From: Betaproteobacteria bacterium SG8_41
GTDB lineage: Bacteria > Pseudomonadota > Gammaproteobacteria > Burkholderiales > SG8-41
Direction of reading: 5' to 3'
NCBI GenBank assembly: GCA_001303585.1
Contig: LJTT01000002.1
Span: forward strand, 5,837 to 69,836
DNA length: 64,000 nt
Part shown: piece after piece, positions 8,891 to 17,510 of the stretch
Layout: each line of letters opens with the position of its first letter
Numbering within the stretch: position 1 is the first letter of the stretch
The notes under the pieces: model-generated
Told to the model about the DNA's origin: nothing
Databases searched by the model: none
The model's input: the letters and a program-made list of their open reading frames with translations, nothing else
Translations under genes and position numbers: made by a program

Positions 8891-10267
8891 CTAGATCCCC
8901 GCTGCCTCGACGTGAAGACGGCGCAGCTCGCCGCGCAATCGCTCGCGCAAGGCGCGGTGCGCCGGGCGGCGCGCGAGGTTGGCGAGCTCATGCGGATCGC
9001 GCTCGAGATCGTAGAGCTCATCGAGCTCGCCGTTGCGGCCGCGATTGATCCAGCGGATATATTTATGACGGTCCGTGCGCACCGCCTTGTAGCTCATACC
9101 GATGAGCCAGGGCATGGCATTTTCGGCCCAGTACTCGATGAGAATCGACTTCCGCCACCCCGCGCGCTTGCCGGACAAGAGCGGCAGCAACGAGCGGCCC
9201 TGCACCTGGGCTTCCGGCTTGCCGCCCGCCAGCTGAACCAGCGTCGGCGCGATATCCTGGCAGATCACAAGGTTTCGCACCCGCGACCGCGCCTTGATTC
9301 GCTTCGGATAGCGCGCGATGAAGGGCGCGCGTATGCCTTCCTCGTAAGCAAAGCGGCGCTCCGGGCCGAGCCCATGCTCGCCGAAAAAATAGCCGTTGTC
9401 GCCGAGAAAGAGGATCAGCGTGTTGTCGAGTTGCCCGGTTCGCTCCAGTGCATCGCAGAGCATGCCGACGCCCTCGTCGACCGAGGCCATCATCGCGGCG
9501 CGCAGGCGGATTTCCTCCTGCTCGCCGGAATGGATGGGTTTGAGCAGTTTTTGCGAGCGCTCGGTGCGCTTGATCTCGAATGCCTCCGCCCACGCCGGCT
9601 TTTGCTTCACGACTTCCCCGGGCGACAGCATGTTCGGTTTCTTTGGAAACACACAACCTTCGTAGAGGCGCTCGTGGCGCCCGGCGGGCACGTATCCAGT
9701 GACCGCCAGCGTGCCGTCCGCTGCCTGTTCCGCGTCGGGATGCACCGCCTTGTGCGCCAGGAAAAGCGACCAGGGCTTTTCGTGCCTGCGTCCCACGAAC
9801 TCCGCGGCCATCGCGTTCAGGATATCGGTGATGTAACCGGTGTGCTGCACGTAGCGGCCGTGCTCGTTCAGCTTCGGATTGGTGAGCTGCCCGTGGCCGT
9901 CGAAGCTCACCCAGTGATCGTAGCCGGGCCGCGGTGCGCCATCGTTGCCCATGTGCCACTTGCCGATGTGGGCGGTCTCGTAGCCCAGCCGTTGCAGCTG
10001 AAGATGATAGTTGGGCAGCCGGTGGCTGGCGGCGTCGCGCGCCACATTGTCGATGATGCCGTGCCGGCTTGCGTACTGTCCCGTCAGGATCGACGCGCGG
10101 TTGGGCGAGCAGATCGGTGTCGTGTGGAACGCGCGCTCGAACAGCGCACCTTCGCGCGCAATGCGGTCGATGTGCGGCGTCTTCATATACGGATGGCCGC
10201 CCGCGCCGAACTCGTCAAAGCGCAGGTCATCGACCAGGACCACCAGGAAATTGGGCTGCCGCGCCAT
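8891..10267 (-). CDS. Cys-type sulfatase (formylglycine-dependent), no recognisable signal peptide
   Basis: The N-terminus MARQPNFLVVLVDDLR runs straight into the sulfatase core. The C-x-P-x-R formylglycine motif is present (TPICSPNRASILTG), as are GKWH and LGDNG motifs. A strong SD (GGAGGAG) precedes the ATG at 10267. Confidence 0.85.
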   Translation of the reverse strand: MARQPNFLVVLVDDLRFDEFGAGGHPYMKTPHIDRIAREGALFERAFHTTPICSPNRASILTGQYASRHGIIDNVARDAASHRLPNYHLQLQRLGYETAHIGKWHMGNDGAPRPGYDHWVSFDGHGQLTNPKLNEHGRYVQHTGYITDILNAMAAEFVGRRHEKPWSLFLAHKAVHPDAEQAADGTLAVTGYVPAGRHERLYEGCVFPKKPNMLSPGEVVKQKPAWAEAFEIKRTERSQKLLKPIHSGEQEEIRLRAAMMASVDEGVGMLCDALERTGQLDNTLILFLGDNGYFFGEHGLGPERRFAYEEGIRAPFIARYPKRIKARSRVRNLVICQDIAPTLVQLAGGKPEAQVQGRSLLPLLSGKRAGWRKSILIEYWAENAMPWLIGMSYKAVRTDRHKYIRWINRGRNGELDELYDLERDPHELANLARRPAHRALRERLRGELRRLHVEAAGI

Positions 10268-10337
10268 CTGCTCTCCTCCCCAACAAATCGTCAATGCTAC
10301 GCGCCCGCCCGCGGCACGAAGGCGCGCCCGGACCTGC

Positions 10338-10685
10338 TCAGGCAACCTGCAGCAGGAACAGCATGACGGCTGCCAACGTCACGCCGGCCGCTGCGGCAAG
10401 CAGGCTCTTCTGCCAATCGCGCCAGGCGAGAAATTCCAGTGCCAACAACCGCAAGCCGCCCGCAAGATGGGCGGCAAGCAGCATCACCAACACCGTCTCT
10501 CCGATCTTGACCAGCGGCTGCTCGGTCCAGCGCAGCAAGGCATCCAGCCGGGCCGCTCCCTGCAACGCCTGGCCCAGCGCCATGAAGTGCACCGGCAGGA
10601 ACAGCGAAAGCAGGACCCCCGACGCCCGGTGCACGATGAACGCCCAATAGGCGGGATGGTTGCGCGCGCGGAAATCGCTCTTCAT
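10338..10685 (-). CDS. complex II membrane anchor, SdhC-like
   Basis: 116 aa from the internal ATG at 10685. It has three hydrophobic helices and HR(A)SGVLLSL and HLAGGLRLL motifs resembling SdhC heme/quinone-site helices. Confidence 0.6.
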   Translation of the reverse strand: MKSDFRARNHPAYWAFIVHRASGVLLSLFLPVHFMALGQALQGAARLDALLRWTEQPLVKIGETVLVMLLAAHLAGGLRLLALEFLAWRDWQKSLLAAAAGVTLAAVMLFLLQVA

Positions 10686-10695
10686 GGCGCCCCCG

Positions 10696-11052
10696 CTAGA
10701 GAAAGACCGCCCACAGCGCGCGGAAACCGAGAAAGGCAAGCACGATGCCGATCGCGAACACGGTCCAATCCAGCCCGCGCCCCCGCCAGGTGAAAGTCTC
10801 CACGAGCACGCTGCGCAGCCCGATCGGCGCATGCACCGAGACTGCCAGCACGAAGACCGCGTAAAACGCAAACCAAACGAAATTACCGCGCGTGCGCCCA
10901 AGGATTTCAGCGGCGGAGAGACCGTTGCGCACCGCATAGATCATGGTGATGAGGTGCACAACCACGCAAACCGCGAGAACCGCAGCGCTCGCTCTCTGCA
11001 ACGTCCACAACAGAACCTGCGAACTGACACTGAGCTTCCCCTCACTCATCAC
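10696..11052 (-). CDS. complex II membrane anchor, SdhD-like
   Basis: 118 aa with three hydrophobic helices. LQRASAAVLA...H and HAPIGLRSVLVE resemble SdhD. The GTG start overlaps the stop of the upstream Fe-S subunit gene (GTGA). Confidence 0.6.
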   Translation of the reverse strand: MMSEGKLSVSSQVLLWTLQRASAAVLAVCVVVHLITMIYAVRNGLSAAEILGRTRGNFVWFAFYAVFVLAVSVHAPIGLRSVLVETFTWRGRGLDWTVFAIGIVLAFLGFRALWAVFL

Positions 11053-11777
11053 TCATCACCCAGCTCGCCCTTGAGCGCTGCCATCATCGCTGCCCGCTTT
11101 AACCCGGCGATCGACGCGGTCGGCGAGAGTTTCTTGGGGCAGCGTTCCGTGCAGCTCATGTGCGTGTGACAAGCGTGGCAGCCCGCATCGCCGGCGACCG
11201 CGGCCAGGCGGGATCGGCGGTCCGTATCGCGCACGTCGTTCACCAGAGTCCATGCGCGGTTGAGCGCGGCCGGCCCAAGGTAATCCGCGTTCCATGCAAC
11301 GACGTCGCACGAGCTGTAGCAGACGCCGCAGCCGATGCATTCGATTCCAGCGTCCGCCAGGCGCCGCTCTGGGGTCTCGGGCGACACGCGCGCGAAATCA
11401 TCGCGCCGCGTTGTCGCGCCCTGAAAAGACCCGCGCGCCTGCGCCCATTTGTCGAAGAACGGCGTCATGTCCGTGACGAGGTCCTTGATCACCGGCAGGT
11501 TCGACAGCGGCCTGACCTCCAGCGCCTCGCCCCTCATGACCTCGGACACGTGCGTGCGGCAGGTCCAACGCGCGCGCCCGTTCACGGTCATGGCGCAGGA
11601 GCCGCACATGCCGACGCGGCAGGCGAATCGGTACGACAGCGTCGGGTCCAGCGAGCGCTGGATATGGGTGACGACATCGAGAACGGTCTGGCTCTCGAGC
11701 CGCGGCACCTCAAACGTCTGCAGGTGCCCCGACTCCGTCCCGCGCCAGACGGAAACGCGCAAGGTAGACACGGCCAT
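11049..11777 (-). CDS. succinate dehydrogenase/fumarate reductase iron-sulfur subunit (SdhB/FrdB-like)
   Basis: All three cluster motifs are present: CRVGMCGSCAMTVNG (2Fe-2S), CIGCGVCYSSC (4Fe-4S) and CHACHTHMSCTERCP (3Fe-4S). Confidence 0.85.
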   Translation of the reverse strand: MAVSTLRVSVWRGTESGHLQTFEVPRLESQTVLDVVTHIQRSLDPTLSYRFACRVGMCGSCAMTVNGRARWTCRTHVSEVMRGEALEVRPLSNLPVIKDLVTDMTPFFDKWAQARGSFQGATTRRDDFARVSPETPERRLADAGIECIGCGVCYSSCDVVAWNADYLGPAALNRAWTLVNDVRDTDRRSRLAAVAGDAGCHACHTHMSCTERCPKKLSPTASIAGLKRAAMMAALKGELGDE

Positions 11778-11778
11778 T

Positions 11779-11855
11779 GGTGATGGGATGAGCGACGAGG
11801 AGGGATGAGGAAAGATTGTTTCGGTGGGCTAGTCCCTCCGCCCTCATCCCTCGCG
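11779..11855. repeat. intergenic hairpin with GGGATGA-repeat arms
   Basis: ggtgatgggatgagcgacgaggagggatgagg faces tccctccgccctcatccctcgcg. The pair gagggatgagg / cctcatccctc is an exact 11-bp inverted repeat. Confidence 0.75.
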
Positions 11856-11857
11856 CG

Positions 11858-13027
11858 CTACGCGCTCTCGTAGAGGCGCGTCATCACGAACTCGCGATGG
11901 CCGAGCGCCTCGGCGGCGGTGAGCCGGCCGTTGCAGGTGCGCAGCATGATTTCCAACAGCTCGTCGCCGCACTGGTCCATGTTCTTTTCGCGCTGAAGCA
12001 AGCCCGAGACATCGAGATCGATGTGCTCGCCCATGGTGCGCGCGGTACGGGGATTGGCGGTGAGCTTGATCACCGGCACGATCGGGTTGCCGATCACGTT
12101 GCCCTGACCGGTGGGAAAGAAATGCACGGCGTAACCCGAGGCGGCGCAGAGCGTCACCATCTCGGCGGCAGCCGAGGATGAATCCATGAACCACAGCCCG
12201 GGCTTGGTCGGGGTCTCGGCCTTGTCGAGCACGCCGATCACCTTGCACTTCTTGCCGATCTTCTGGATATTGCCAAGCGCCTTTTCCTCGATCGTGGTCA
12301 GCCCGCCGGCGATGTTGCCCTTCGTCGGCTGCGACTCCGAAAGATCGTTCGTCTTGTGGCGCTCGACCACTTCCTGATAGCGGTTGAACATGGCCATGAA
12401 CCCGTCGCGAACTTCTTTCGTCGCGCAGCGGTCCGCGACGATCTGCTCACCGCCCGTGATCTCGGTTGTCTCCCCGAAGCACATCGTCACGCCGAGGGGC
12501 TCCAGCTTGTCGAATGCGTTGCCGACCGTAGGGTTCGACCCGCACCCGGAAGTCGTGTCGGATTCGCCGCACTTGGTCGAGACCCAGAGATCGCTGATCG
12601 GGCATTCGACACGCTGCAGCTCCGACGCCCACTGCACGTACTCCTTCGCCACCTTGGAGGCGCGCATGATGGTGTCGTGGTCGCCGTGGAGCTCGATGCC
12701 GAAGCCGGTCACCGGCTTGCCGGTCTTGGCAATGCCATCGACGACGCGCTTCGCCCATCCCTCTTCGATGCAGATCACGACGACCGCGGCAACGTTGGGG
12801 TTCGATCCCGCGCCGATCAACGTGCGGAAGTGGAGATCCAGGTCAGCGCCGAACTGCAGCCGGCCGTAGGGATGCGGAATCGCCAGTGTGCCCTTAACGT
12901 TGTTGGCCACCGCCTCGGCGGCGGCATTCGACAGGTCGTCGACCGGCAGGATGAGAACGTGATTGCGAACGCCGACGCGGCCATTCTCGCGGCGGTAGCC
13001 ATGGAAAGTCGTTTTTGCGGAAATCAT
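11858..13027 (-). CDS. UxaA-family hydro-/sulfo-lyase large subunit (altronate/galactarate dehydratase C-terminal domain; SuyB-like)
   Basis: 389-aa [24 protein letters not shown]...[12 protein letters not shown] matches the UxaA/GarD C-terminal domain family encoded as a stand-alone protein. Confidence 0.8.
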   Translation of the reverse strand: MISAKTTFHGYRRENGRVGVRNHVLILPVDDLSNAAAEAVANNVKGTLAIPHPYGRLQFGADLDLHFRTLIGAGSNPNVAAVVVICIEEGWAKRVVDGIAKTGKPVTGFGIELHGDHDTIMRASKVAKEYVQWASELQRVECPISDLWVSTKCGESDTTSGCGSNPTVGNAFDKLEPLGVTMCFGETTEITGGEQIVADRCATKEVRDGFMAMFNRYQEVVERHKTNDLSESQPTKGNIAGGLTTIEEKALGNIQKIGKKCKVIGVLDKAETPTKPGLWFMDSSSAAAEMVTLCAASGYAVHFFPTGQGNVIGNPIVPVIKLTANPRTARTMGEHIDLDVSGLLQREKNMDQCGDELLEIMLRTCNGRLTAAEALGHREFVMTRLYESA

Positions 13028-13103
13028 TTCAGAACCTTTTGAAGGGTGACGGATAATCAGCGATTCTTCGGCGCCGGGCGATCGCGCGCGTGCCGCGCCT
13101 CTC

Positions 13104-13385
13104 TTACCAGCGTTTGGTTTTCAGGTTGTGCACGTGAGCATGCTCGCCCACCTTGATGTCGGACACGGCGCGACCGATGTCGAAGCCGTACTTGATGACG
13201 GTCTCGTCCTTCTTGATCGCCTGGGTGGCGAGCTTGTGGCCGATCGGGATGTCGTTGAGAGCCTTGACCTTGAGCGTCGAGTCGTCTTCCATCAGCCAGC
13301 CGGTGAGCTCCTGGCCGGCCTTTACGCCCTCGACGACGATCACGCCGACGGTGTCCTTCTTGTCATGCACCAGAAAATGGATCAT
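13104..13385 (-). CDS. SAF-domain small subunit of the split UxaA-family lyase (SuyA-like)
   Basis: 93 aa from the ATG at 13385, which has an AAGGAGAGG SD. DNVGV-type opening ([10 protein letters not shown]) and IPIGHKLA...GEHAHVHN are typical of the UxaA N-terminal SAF domain. Confidence 0.75.
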   Translation of the reverse strand: MIHFLVHDKKDTVGVIVVEGVKAGQELTGWLMEDDSTLKVKALNDIPIGHKLATQAIKKDETVIKYGFDIGRAVSDIKVGEHAHVHNLKTKRW

Positions 13386-13483
13386 GTCCTCTCCTTGCAG
13401 CCTTAAAATACGGCGCCGCACGCATGGCCGGCGTCAGTTCCGGGGATAATCGAGATGTGCTCTTGTTCGTGTTGGGAACGAGA

Positions 13484-15154
13484 TTATAACTTTGCCAGAC
13501 TTCGTTTCGCGACCTCGCGCTCAGCGGGATCCCGCGAGTGCCTGATCACCCATTCGAACTGCGCCCGGGCGTCACGGGTATATCCGGCGCGCGCAAGATT
13601 GAGCGCCGCTGCCAGCCGCGCCGTGGGGGCGGCAGTGGCCGGACGTGCCCGGCTGTCCGGTGCCAGCGCTGCCTGCAGGAAATAGCCCCCCGCGCGCGCA
13701 AACAGGCCGCCGGCTTCCCCGGCACGCCCGAGCGCCATGAGAAGCTCGCGCTGATGTCCCGTTCCCGCAAGCAGTAACAGGGCGGGCAGCGAGGCGTCCG
13801 CCACCTCGGGTTTTCCGGCGGAAACCATTTCCTGGCCCAGCACGATTACGCCCTGAACCGCATTGGCGGGCAGCGATTGCTTCTCGCTTGCCGCAGCCGA
13901 AAGGGCCTTGACCGCCTCCCCGGTATTTCCAGCGCGCCAATAGACCAGCGCACGCCGCGCCTCCCACTCAGCCATCGTCATGCCTGCGGGGACGGCAAGC
14001 CCTTCCCAGAACCGCGCTGCGAGCGCGGCCTCATCCCGGGCTTCAGCGATTGAACCGAGATGGTAGCGGGCCTGGCCGTCGATCGCGGTTACATCGGTGC
14101 TCGCCTGGTCGAACAGGCGCACAGCCACCGCCTCGAGCTGGCCCTCCTGCAACGACCGCACGAGCTGCAGCTGGGCGGCCTGGCGCGCCTCGAGTGAGCG
14201 CGCGCGCTGAGCCAGGTACGCAAAAAAAGCGCGCGCGATGAACGGATCCCGGCGCAGCCTTTTCGAGGCATATGCCGCCCACGCCGCATCATCCCCTACC
14301 AGCAATTGATTCAGATTGGCTGATTCCTGGGCCAGCGTCTGGTAGGTCCGCCACAGCTCCGTGGCTGCGGCGCCGGCTTCCTCGCGTGCGCCTGCGAGCT
14401 GCACCAGCTGCTCGATCGCCTCGATGCGAACTGAGCGCTTGCCGCTCAGGGCCGCAGCCTCGGCTATGACATGCCAGTGTGCACGGCCATCGCCTTTGGG
14501 GAGCCGCGCGCGCGACTGCGCGATGGCCGCATCCGGTTTGATCAGACCCGCCTTGAGCCGCAGCATCTGCCTCGCGGGGCTGCCCTCCTCGAGGCGCGCG
14601 AGCCAGTTGGCCGCGTCACGTGCCATGTCGAGCCTGAGCAATCCCTCCACGAAATGTGCCGCGGTCGCGGGCTCGAGGGGATGGTAGTCCTGCGCGAAAC
14701 GGAGCATCACGCGAAAGGCCGCATGCCCGTTGCCTTCCGCGAGATAACTGTCGATCACCAGAAGGCGCAGTTCGCGCGCATTATCGGGCAGGGCGACGGA
14801 CTGCCACAGCACCTGCGCAACCAGAGCGCGAGCCTGGGCAGGCTGTCCCGCCTGCAATGCAGCCCGGGCCGCCACCGAGAACGCCTGCTGCCGCGCGGGC
14901 TCGGGTATCGTGGCCGGGAGCGCGTCGGTTCGAGCAAGCACATCCTGATAACGCTCGAGCGCGAAAAGCGCCCGCAACCGGAGCGCCTCCCACTCGGCCC
15001 ATTGCGCATCCGTCGTCTCGCGGGGTTGCCGCTGCTCGACTCGATCGAGCGCGAGCCGCGGCGCGTCGTTCGCCAACAGCTGGCGCGTCGTCTCGAGCGC
15101 CGTCGCAGGCCCCGCGGCGGCCAGCATCAATACGGCCAAGACAATTGCGCGCAT
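13484..15154 (-). CDS. secreted Ala/Leu-rich helical-repeat (TPR-like) protein, function unknown
   Basis: 556-aa ORF with a signal-peptide-like N-terminus MRAIVLAVLMLAAAGPATALE. The composition is repetitive and helical. No catalytic motif was recognised. Confidence 0.6.
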   Translation of the reverse strand: MRAIVLAVLMLAAAGPATALETTRQLLANDAPRLALDRVEQRQPRETTDAQWAEWEALRLRALFALERYQDVLARTDALPATIPEPARQQAFSVAARAALQAGQPAQARALVAQVLWQSVALPDNARELRLLVIDSYLAEGNGHAAFRVMLRFAQDYHPLEPATAAHFVEGLLRLDMARDAANWLARLEEGSPARQMLRLKAGLIKPDAAIAQSRARLPKGDGRAHWHVIAEAAALSGKRSVRIEAIEQLVQLAGAREEAGAAATELWRTYQTLAQESANLNQLLVGDDAAWAAYASKRLRRDPFIARAFFAYLAQRARSLEARQAAQLQLVRSLQEGQLEAVAVRLFDQASTDVTAIDGQARYHLGSIAEARDEAALAARFWEGLAVPAGMTMAEWEARRALVYWRAGNTGEAVKALSAAASEKQSLPANAVQGVIVLGQEMVSAGKPEVADASLPALLLLAGTGHQRELLMALGRAGEAGGLFARAGGYFLQAALAPDSRARPATAAPTARLAAALNLARAGYTRDARAQFEWVIRHSRDPAEREVAKRSLAKL

Positions 15155-15181
15155 GGGTCGATTCTATCCCGTCCTGTTGCT

Positions 15182-15343
15182 GCCTCTGCCTCTCCAACGC
15201 ATGACAAGCCGCATCGCGTCGGCAGCCTGCGGCCTTCGCGGGTCGCATCCCCCTCAACCGGGGCCCCTGCTCCTCCGCTCATGTCGCGCCTCTGCCTCTC
15301 CAACGCACGACAAGCCGCATCGCGTCGGCAGCCCGCAGCCTGC
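15182..15343 (-). repeat. hairpin element copy A with flanking 56-bp direct duplication (X-Y-X structure)
   Basis: X copies at 15182-15237 and 15288-15343 differ at 4 positions. The core Y at 15238-15287 contains ggtcgcatccccctcaaccggggcccctgctcc. Confidence 0.8.
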
Positions 15344-15360
15344 GTGATGCCGCGTCAGAA

Positions 15361-15387
15361 ACAAAAAAGGCGGCACGAGGCCGCCTT
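15361..15387 (-). terminator. Rho-independent terminator after rplS
   Basis: The minus strand reads AAGGCGGC-cucgu-GCCGCCUU followed by UUUUUGU, 20 nt after the rplS stop. Confidence 0.75.
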
Positions 15388-15406
15388 GCGTGAGCAGGTA
15401 TGCCGA

Positions 15407-15805
15407 TTACTCCTGCGCGGCGGCCTGCTCCACCTCTTCATTCCGTGCCGTCAGTTTCTCGCGGATGCGCGCGGCCTTGCCGGTGCGCTGCCGCAGGTAA
15501 TAGAGCTTGGCGCGCCCCACGTCGCCGCGACGCTTGACCTCGATGCTGGCGATGAGCGGCGAGTAGGTCTGGAACGTCCGTTCCACCCCCTCACCCGAAG
15601 AGATCTTGCGCACGATGAACGAGGAATTGATTCCACGGTTGCGCTTGGCGATCACCACGCCCTCGTACGCCTGCAGCCGCTTGCGCTCGCCCTCGACGAC
15701 GTTCACGCTCACGACCACGGTGTCGCCCGCTGAGAACGACGGAATCCGCTTGGCGAGCCGCTTCATCTCTTCGGCTTCAAGCTGTTTGATGATATCCATG
15801 TTCAA
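15407..15805 (-). CDS. rplS: 50S ribosomal protein L19
   Basis: [12 protein letters not shown]...[18 protein letters not shown]...[11 protein letters not shown] is a clear L19 sequence. Confidence 0.95.
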   Translation of the reverse strand: MNMDIIKQLEAEEMKRLAKRIPSFSAGDTVVVSVNVVEGERKRLQAYEGVVIAKRNRGINSSFIVRKISSGEGVERTFQTYSPLIASIEVKRRGDVGRAKLYYLRQRTGKAARIREKLTARNEEVEQAAAQE

Positions 15806-16560
15806 ACTCCTTGCAGTTCCTTCTTGTATTCATCCAGCAATGCGCGCTCCTCGGCGCTGAGCGCGCGCTGCTCCAGCAAATCCGGGCGCCGCTGCCAGGT
15901 TCTGCCCAGCGCCTGCTTCAGCCGCCAGCGGGCAATCTCGCTGTGATTGCCCGAAAGCAGCACTGGCGGCACCGCCGCCTCGCCGTACGCCTCGGGCCGC
16001 GTGTAATGCGGGCAATCCAGCAAGCCGCTCACGAATGAGTCCTGGCTCGCCGACTCCGCATCGCCCAGCGTACCCGGAAGCTGGCGCACGATGCAATCCA
16101 TTACCACCATCGCCGCAAGCTCGCCGCCCGAGAGCACGTAGTCGCCGATCGAGATCTCCTCGTCGACCGCCCGGCTAACGAGCCGCTCATCCACCCCCTC
16201 GTAGCGACCTGCCAGGAGCACCACTCCGGGCAGTGCCGCGAGCTCCATCACGCGCTCGTGTTTCAGCAACTTCCCCTGCGGCGACAGGTATATCACGTGC
16301 GTGCGCTTCGCTCCCGCGCTCTCCTGCCGCTGCCGCGCCGCGGTGAGCGCCTTTTCCAGCGGCTCGACCATCATCACCATTCCCGGCCCGCCGCCGTACG
16401 GCCGGTCGTCCACGGTGCGGTAGCTGTTGGTCGCGAAATCGCGCGGATTCCACAACACCAGCTCAAACAGCCGGCGCTCACGCGCCCGGCCGGTGACGCC
16501 GCTCTCGGTCACGGCCTCGAACATCTCGGGAAACAGCGTGACCACGTCGAACTGGTACAT
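15802..16560 (-). CDS. trmD: tRNA (guanine37-N1)-methyltransferase
   Basis: [14 protein letters not shown]...[13 protein letters not shown]...[12 protein letters not shown]. The ATG at 16560 overlaps the rimM stop. Confidence 0.95.
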   Translation of the reverse strand: MYQFDVVTLFPEMFEAVTESGVTGRARERRLFELVLWNPRDFATNSYRTVDDRPYGGGPGMVMMVEPLEKALTAARQRQESAGAKRTHVIYLSPQGKLLKHERVMELAALPGVVLLAGRYEGVDERLVSRAVDEEISIGDYVLSGGELAAMVVMDCIVRQLPGTLGDAESASQDSFVSGLLDCPHYTRPEAYGEAAVPPVLLSGNHSEIARWRLKQALGRTWQRRPDLLEQRALSAEERALLDEYKKELQGV

Positions 16561-17042
16561 CAGTAGTCCGCGCCCCACTCCACCCGTATCACACCCGCGC
16601 CGGGATCCACTTCGCGTATCACCTGCGCAATGAACGGGATCAGCCTCTCGCGACCGTCTTCCACGACCAGCACATCATTCGCGCCGGTTTGCACGACAGC
16701 CGTCACCCGACCGAGATCCTGCTCCACCGCGTTCACAACCCTGAGGCCGATCAAGTCGGCCCAGTAGTACTCTTCCGCTCGTGCGGCCGGCAGCGCCGCA
16801 CGCGCTACCGCCACCGTCTTTCCCTTCAGCGACGCCGCCGCCTCGCGATCATCGCAGCCCTCGATCTTGGCAAGCAGCGACTGGCCCTGTGCCTTGCCGC
16901 TGGTTACTGATTGTTCCTGCCAGCCTTCTTCCCCCTCGATCCACCAGGTCCGGTAGTCGAGGAGGCTCCGCGTCTCCGCGGTAAGTGGCTGAACCTTGAT
17001 CCAGCCCTTGACGCCATGCGGGGCGATGATCCGCCCCATCAT
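16560..17042 (-). CDS. rimM: ribosome maturation factor RimM
   Basis: The internal ATG at 17042 gives [17 protein letters not shown], the canonical RimM N-terminus. The gene sits in the rpsP-rimM-trmD-rplS order. Confidence 0.85.
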   Translation of the reverse strand: MMGRIIAPHGVKGWIKVQPLTAETRSLLDYRTWWIEGEEGWQEQSVTSGKAQGQSLLAKIEGCDDREAAASLKGKTVAVARAALPAARAEEYYWADLIGLRVVNAVEQDLGRVTAVVQTGANDVLVVEDGRERLIPFIAQVIREVDPGAGVIRVEWGADY

Positions 17043-17052
17043 CACCAGTTTC

Positions 17053-17307
17053 TCAGGCGGGTTTAGGTTCACCGCGCTGCTTGACCAGCCGCGCCACGGT
17101 GTCAGAAACCTGCGCGCCCTTGCCCTTCCAGTAGGCGAGCCGCTCGCGATTGACGCGCAGCCGCTCCCGCCCCTCGGGCGCCACGGGATCGTAGAAGCCG
17201 ATACGCTCGATGAAGCGCCCGTCGCGCGCGCGGCGCGAATCGGCAACAACCAGATTGAAAAACGGGCGCTTCTTGGCGCCACCGCGGGCGAGTCGGATTA
17301 CCACCAT
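17053..17307 (-). CDS. rpsP: 30S ribosomal protein S16
   Basis: [41 protein letters not shown]. Confidence 0.95.
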   Translation of the reverse strand: MVVIRLARGGAKKRPFFNLVVADSRRARDGRFIERIGFYDPVAPEGRERLRVNRERLAYWKGKGAQVSDTVARLVKQRGEPKPA

Positions 17308-17510
17308 GTTCGTATCAGTCCGAAAAGCGGAAAGGGCGTGATTTTACGCTATTTTTTCGCCTTGATGCAAGGTGGGCCGCGCATGAGGCCGGGGTCGTGG
17401 CGGGGCCCGACGAGGGGTTAATTATCTGATTGGGCGGGAGTTCGTCCGGAAGCACCCGCAGAGAGAGCCGACGCGTTAACATCGCCGGCGCATCCAACCC
17501 AGGAGCCACC

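Noticed and set aside
8879-10366. 495-aa plus-strand ORF overlapping the sulfatase gene
   Set aside because: It is antisense to an ORF with an unambiguous sulfatase C-x-P-x-R motif, and it has no motifs of its own.
10338-10937. 199-aa version of the SdhC-like ORF
   Set aside because: The N-terminal 84 residues overlap the SdhD-like gene in another frame and are Cys/Arg/Ser-rich. The internal ATG at 10685, 8 nt after the upstream stop, gives a typical three-helix anchor subunit.
16560-17282. 240-aa RimM ORF; similar long N-terminal extensions for ffh (19964), ftsI (52687), murF (49342), ftsW (45285), ftsQ (39099), the M23 peptidase (34009) and murC (42604)
   Set aside because: The extensions overlap upstream genes or intergenic repeats and are non-conserved in character. 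Internal starts reproduce the canonical N-termini and give stop/start coupling with the preceding gene.
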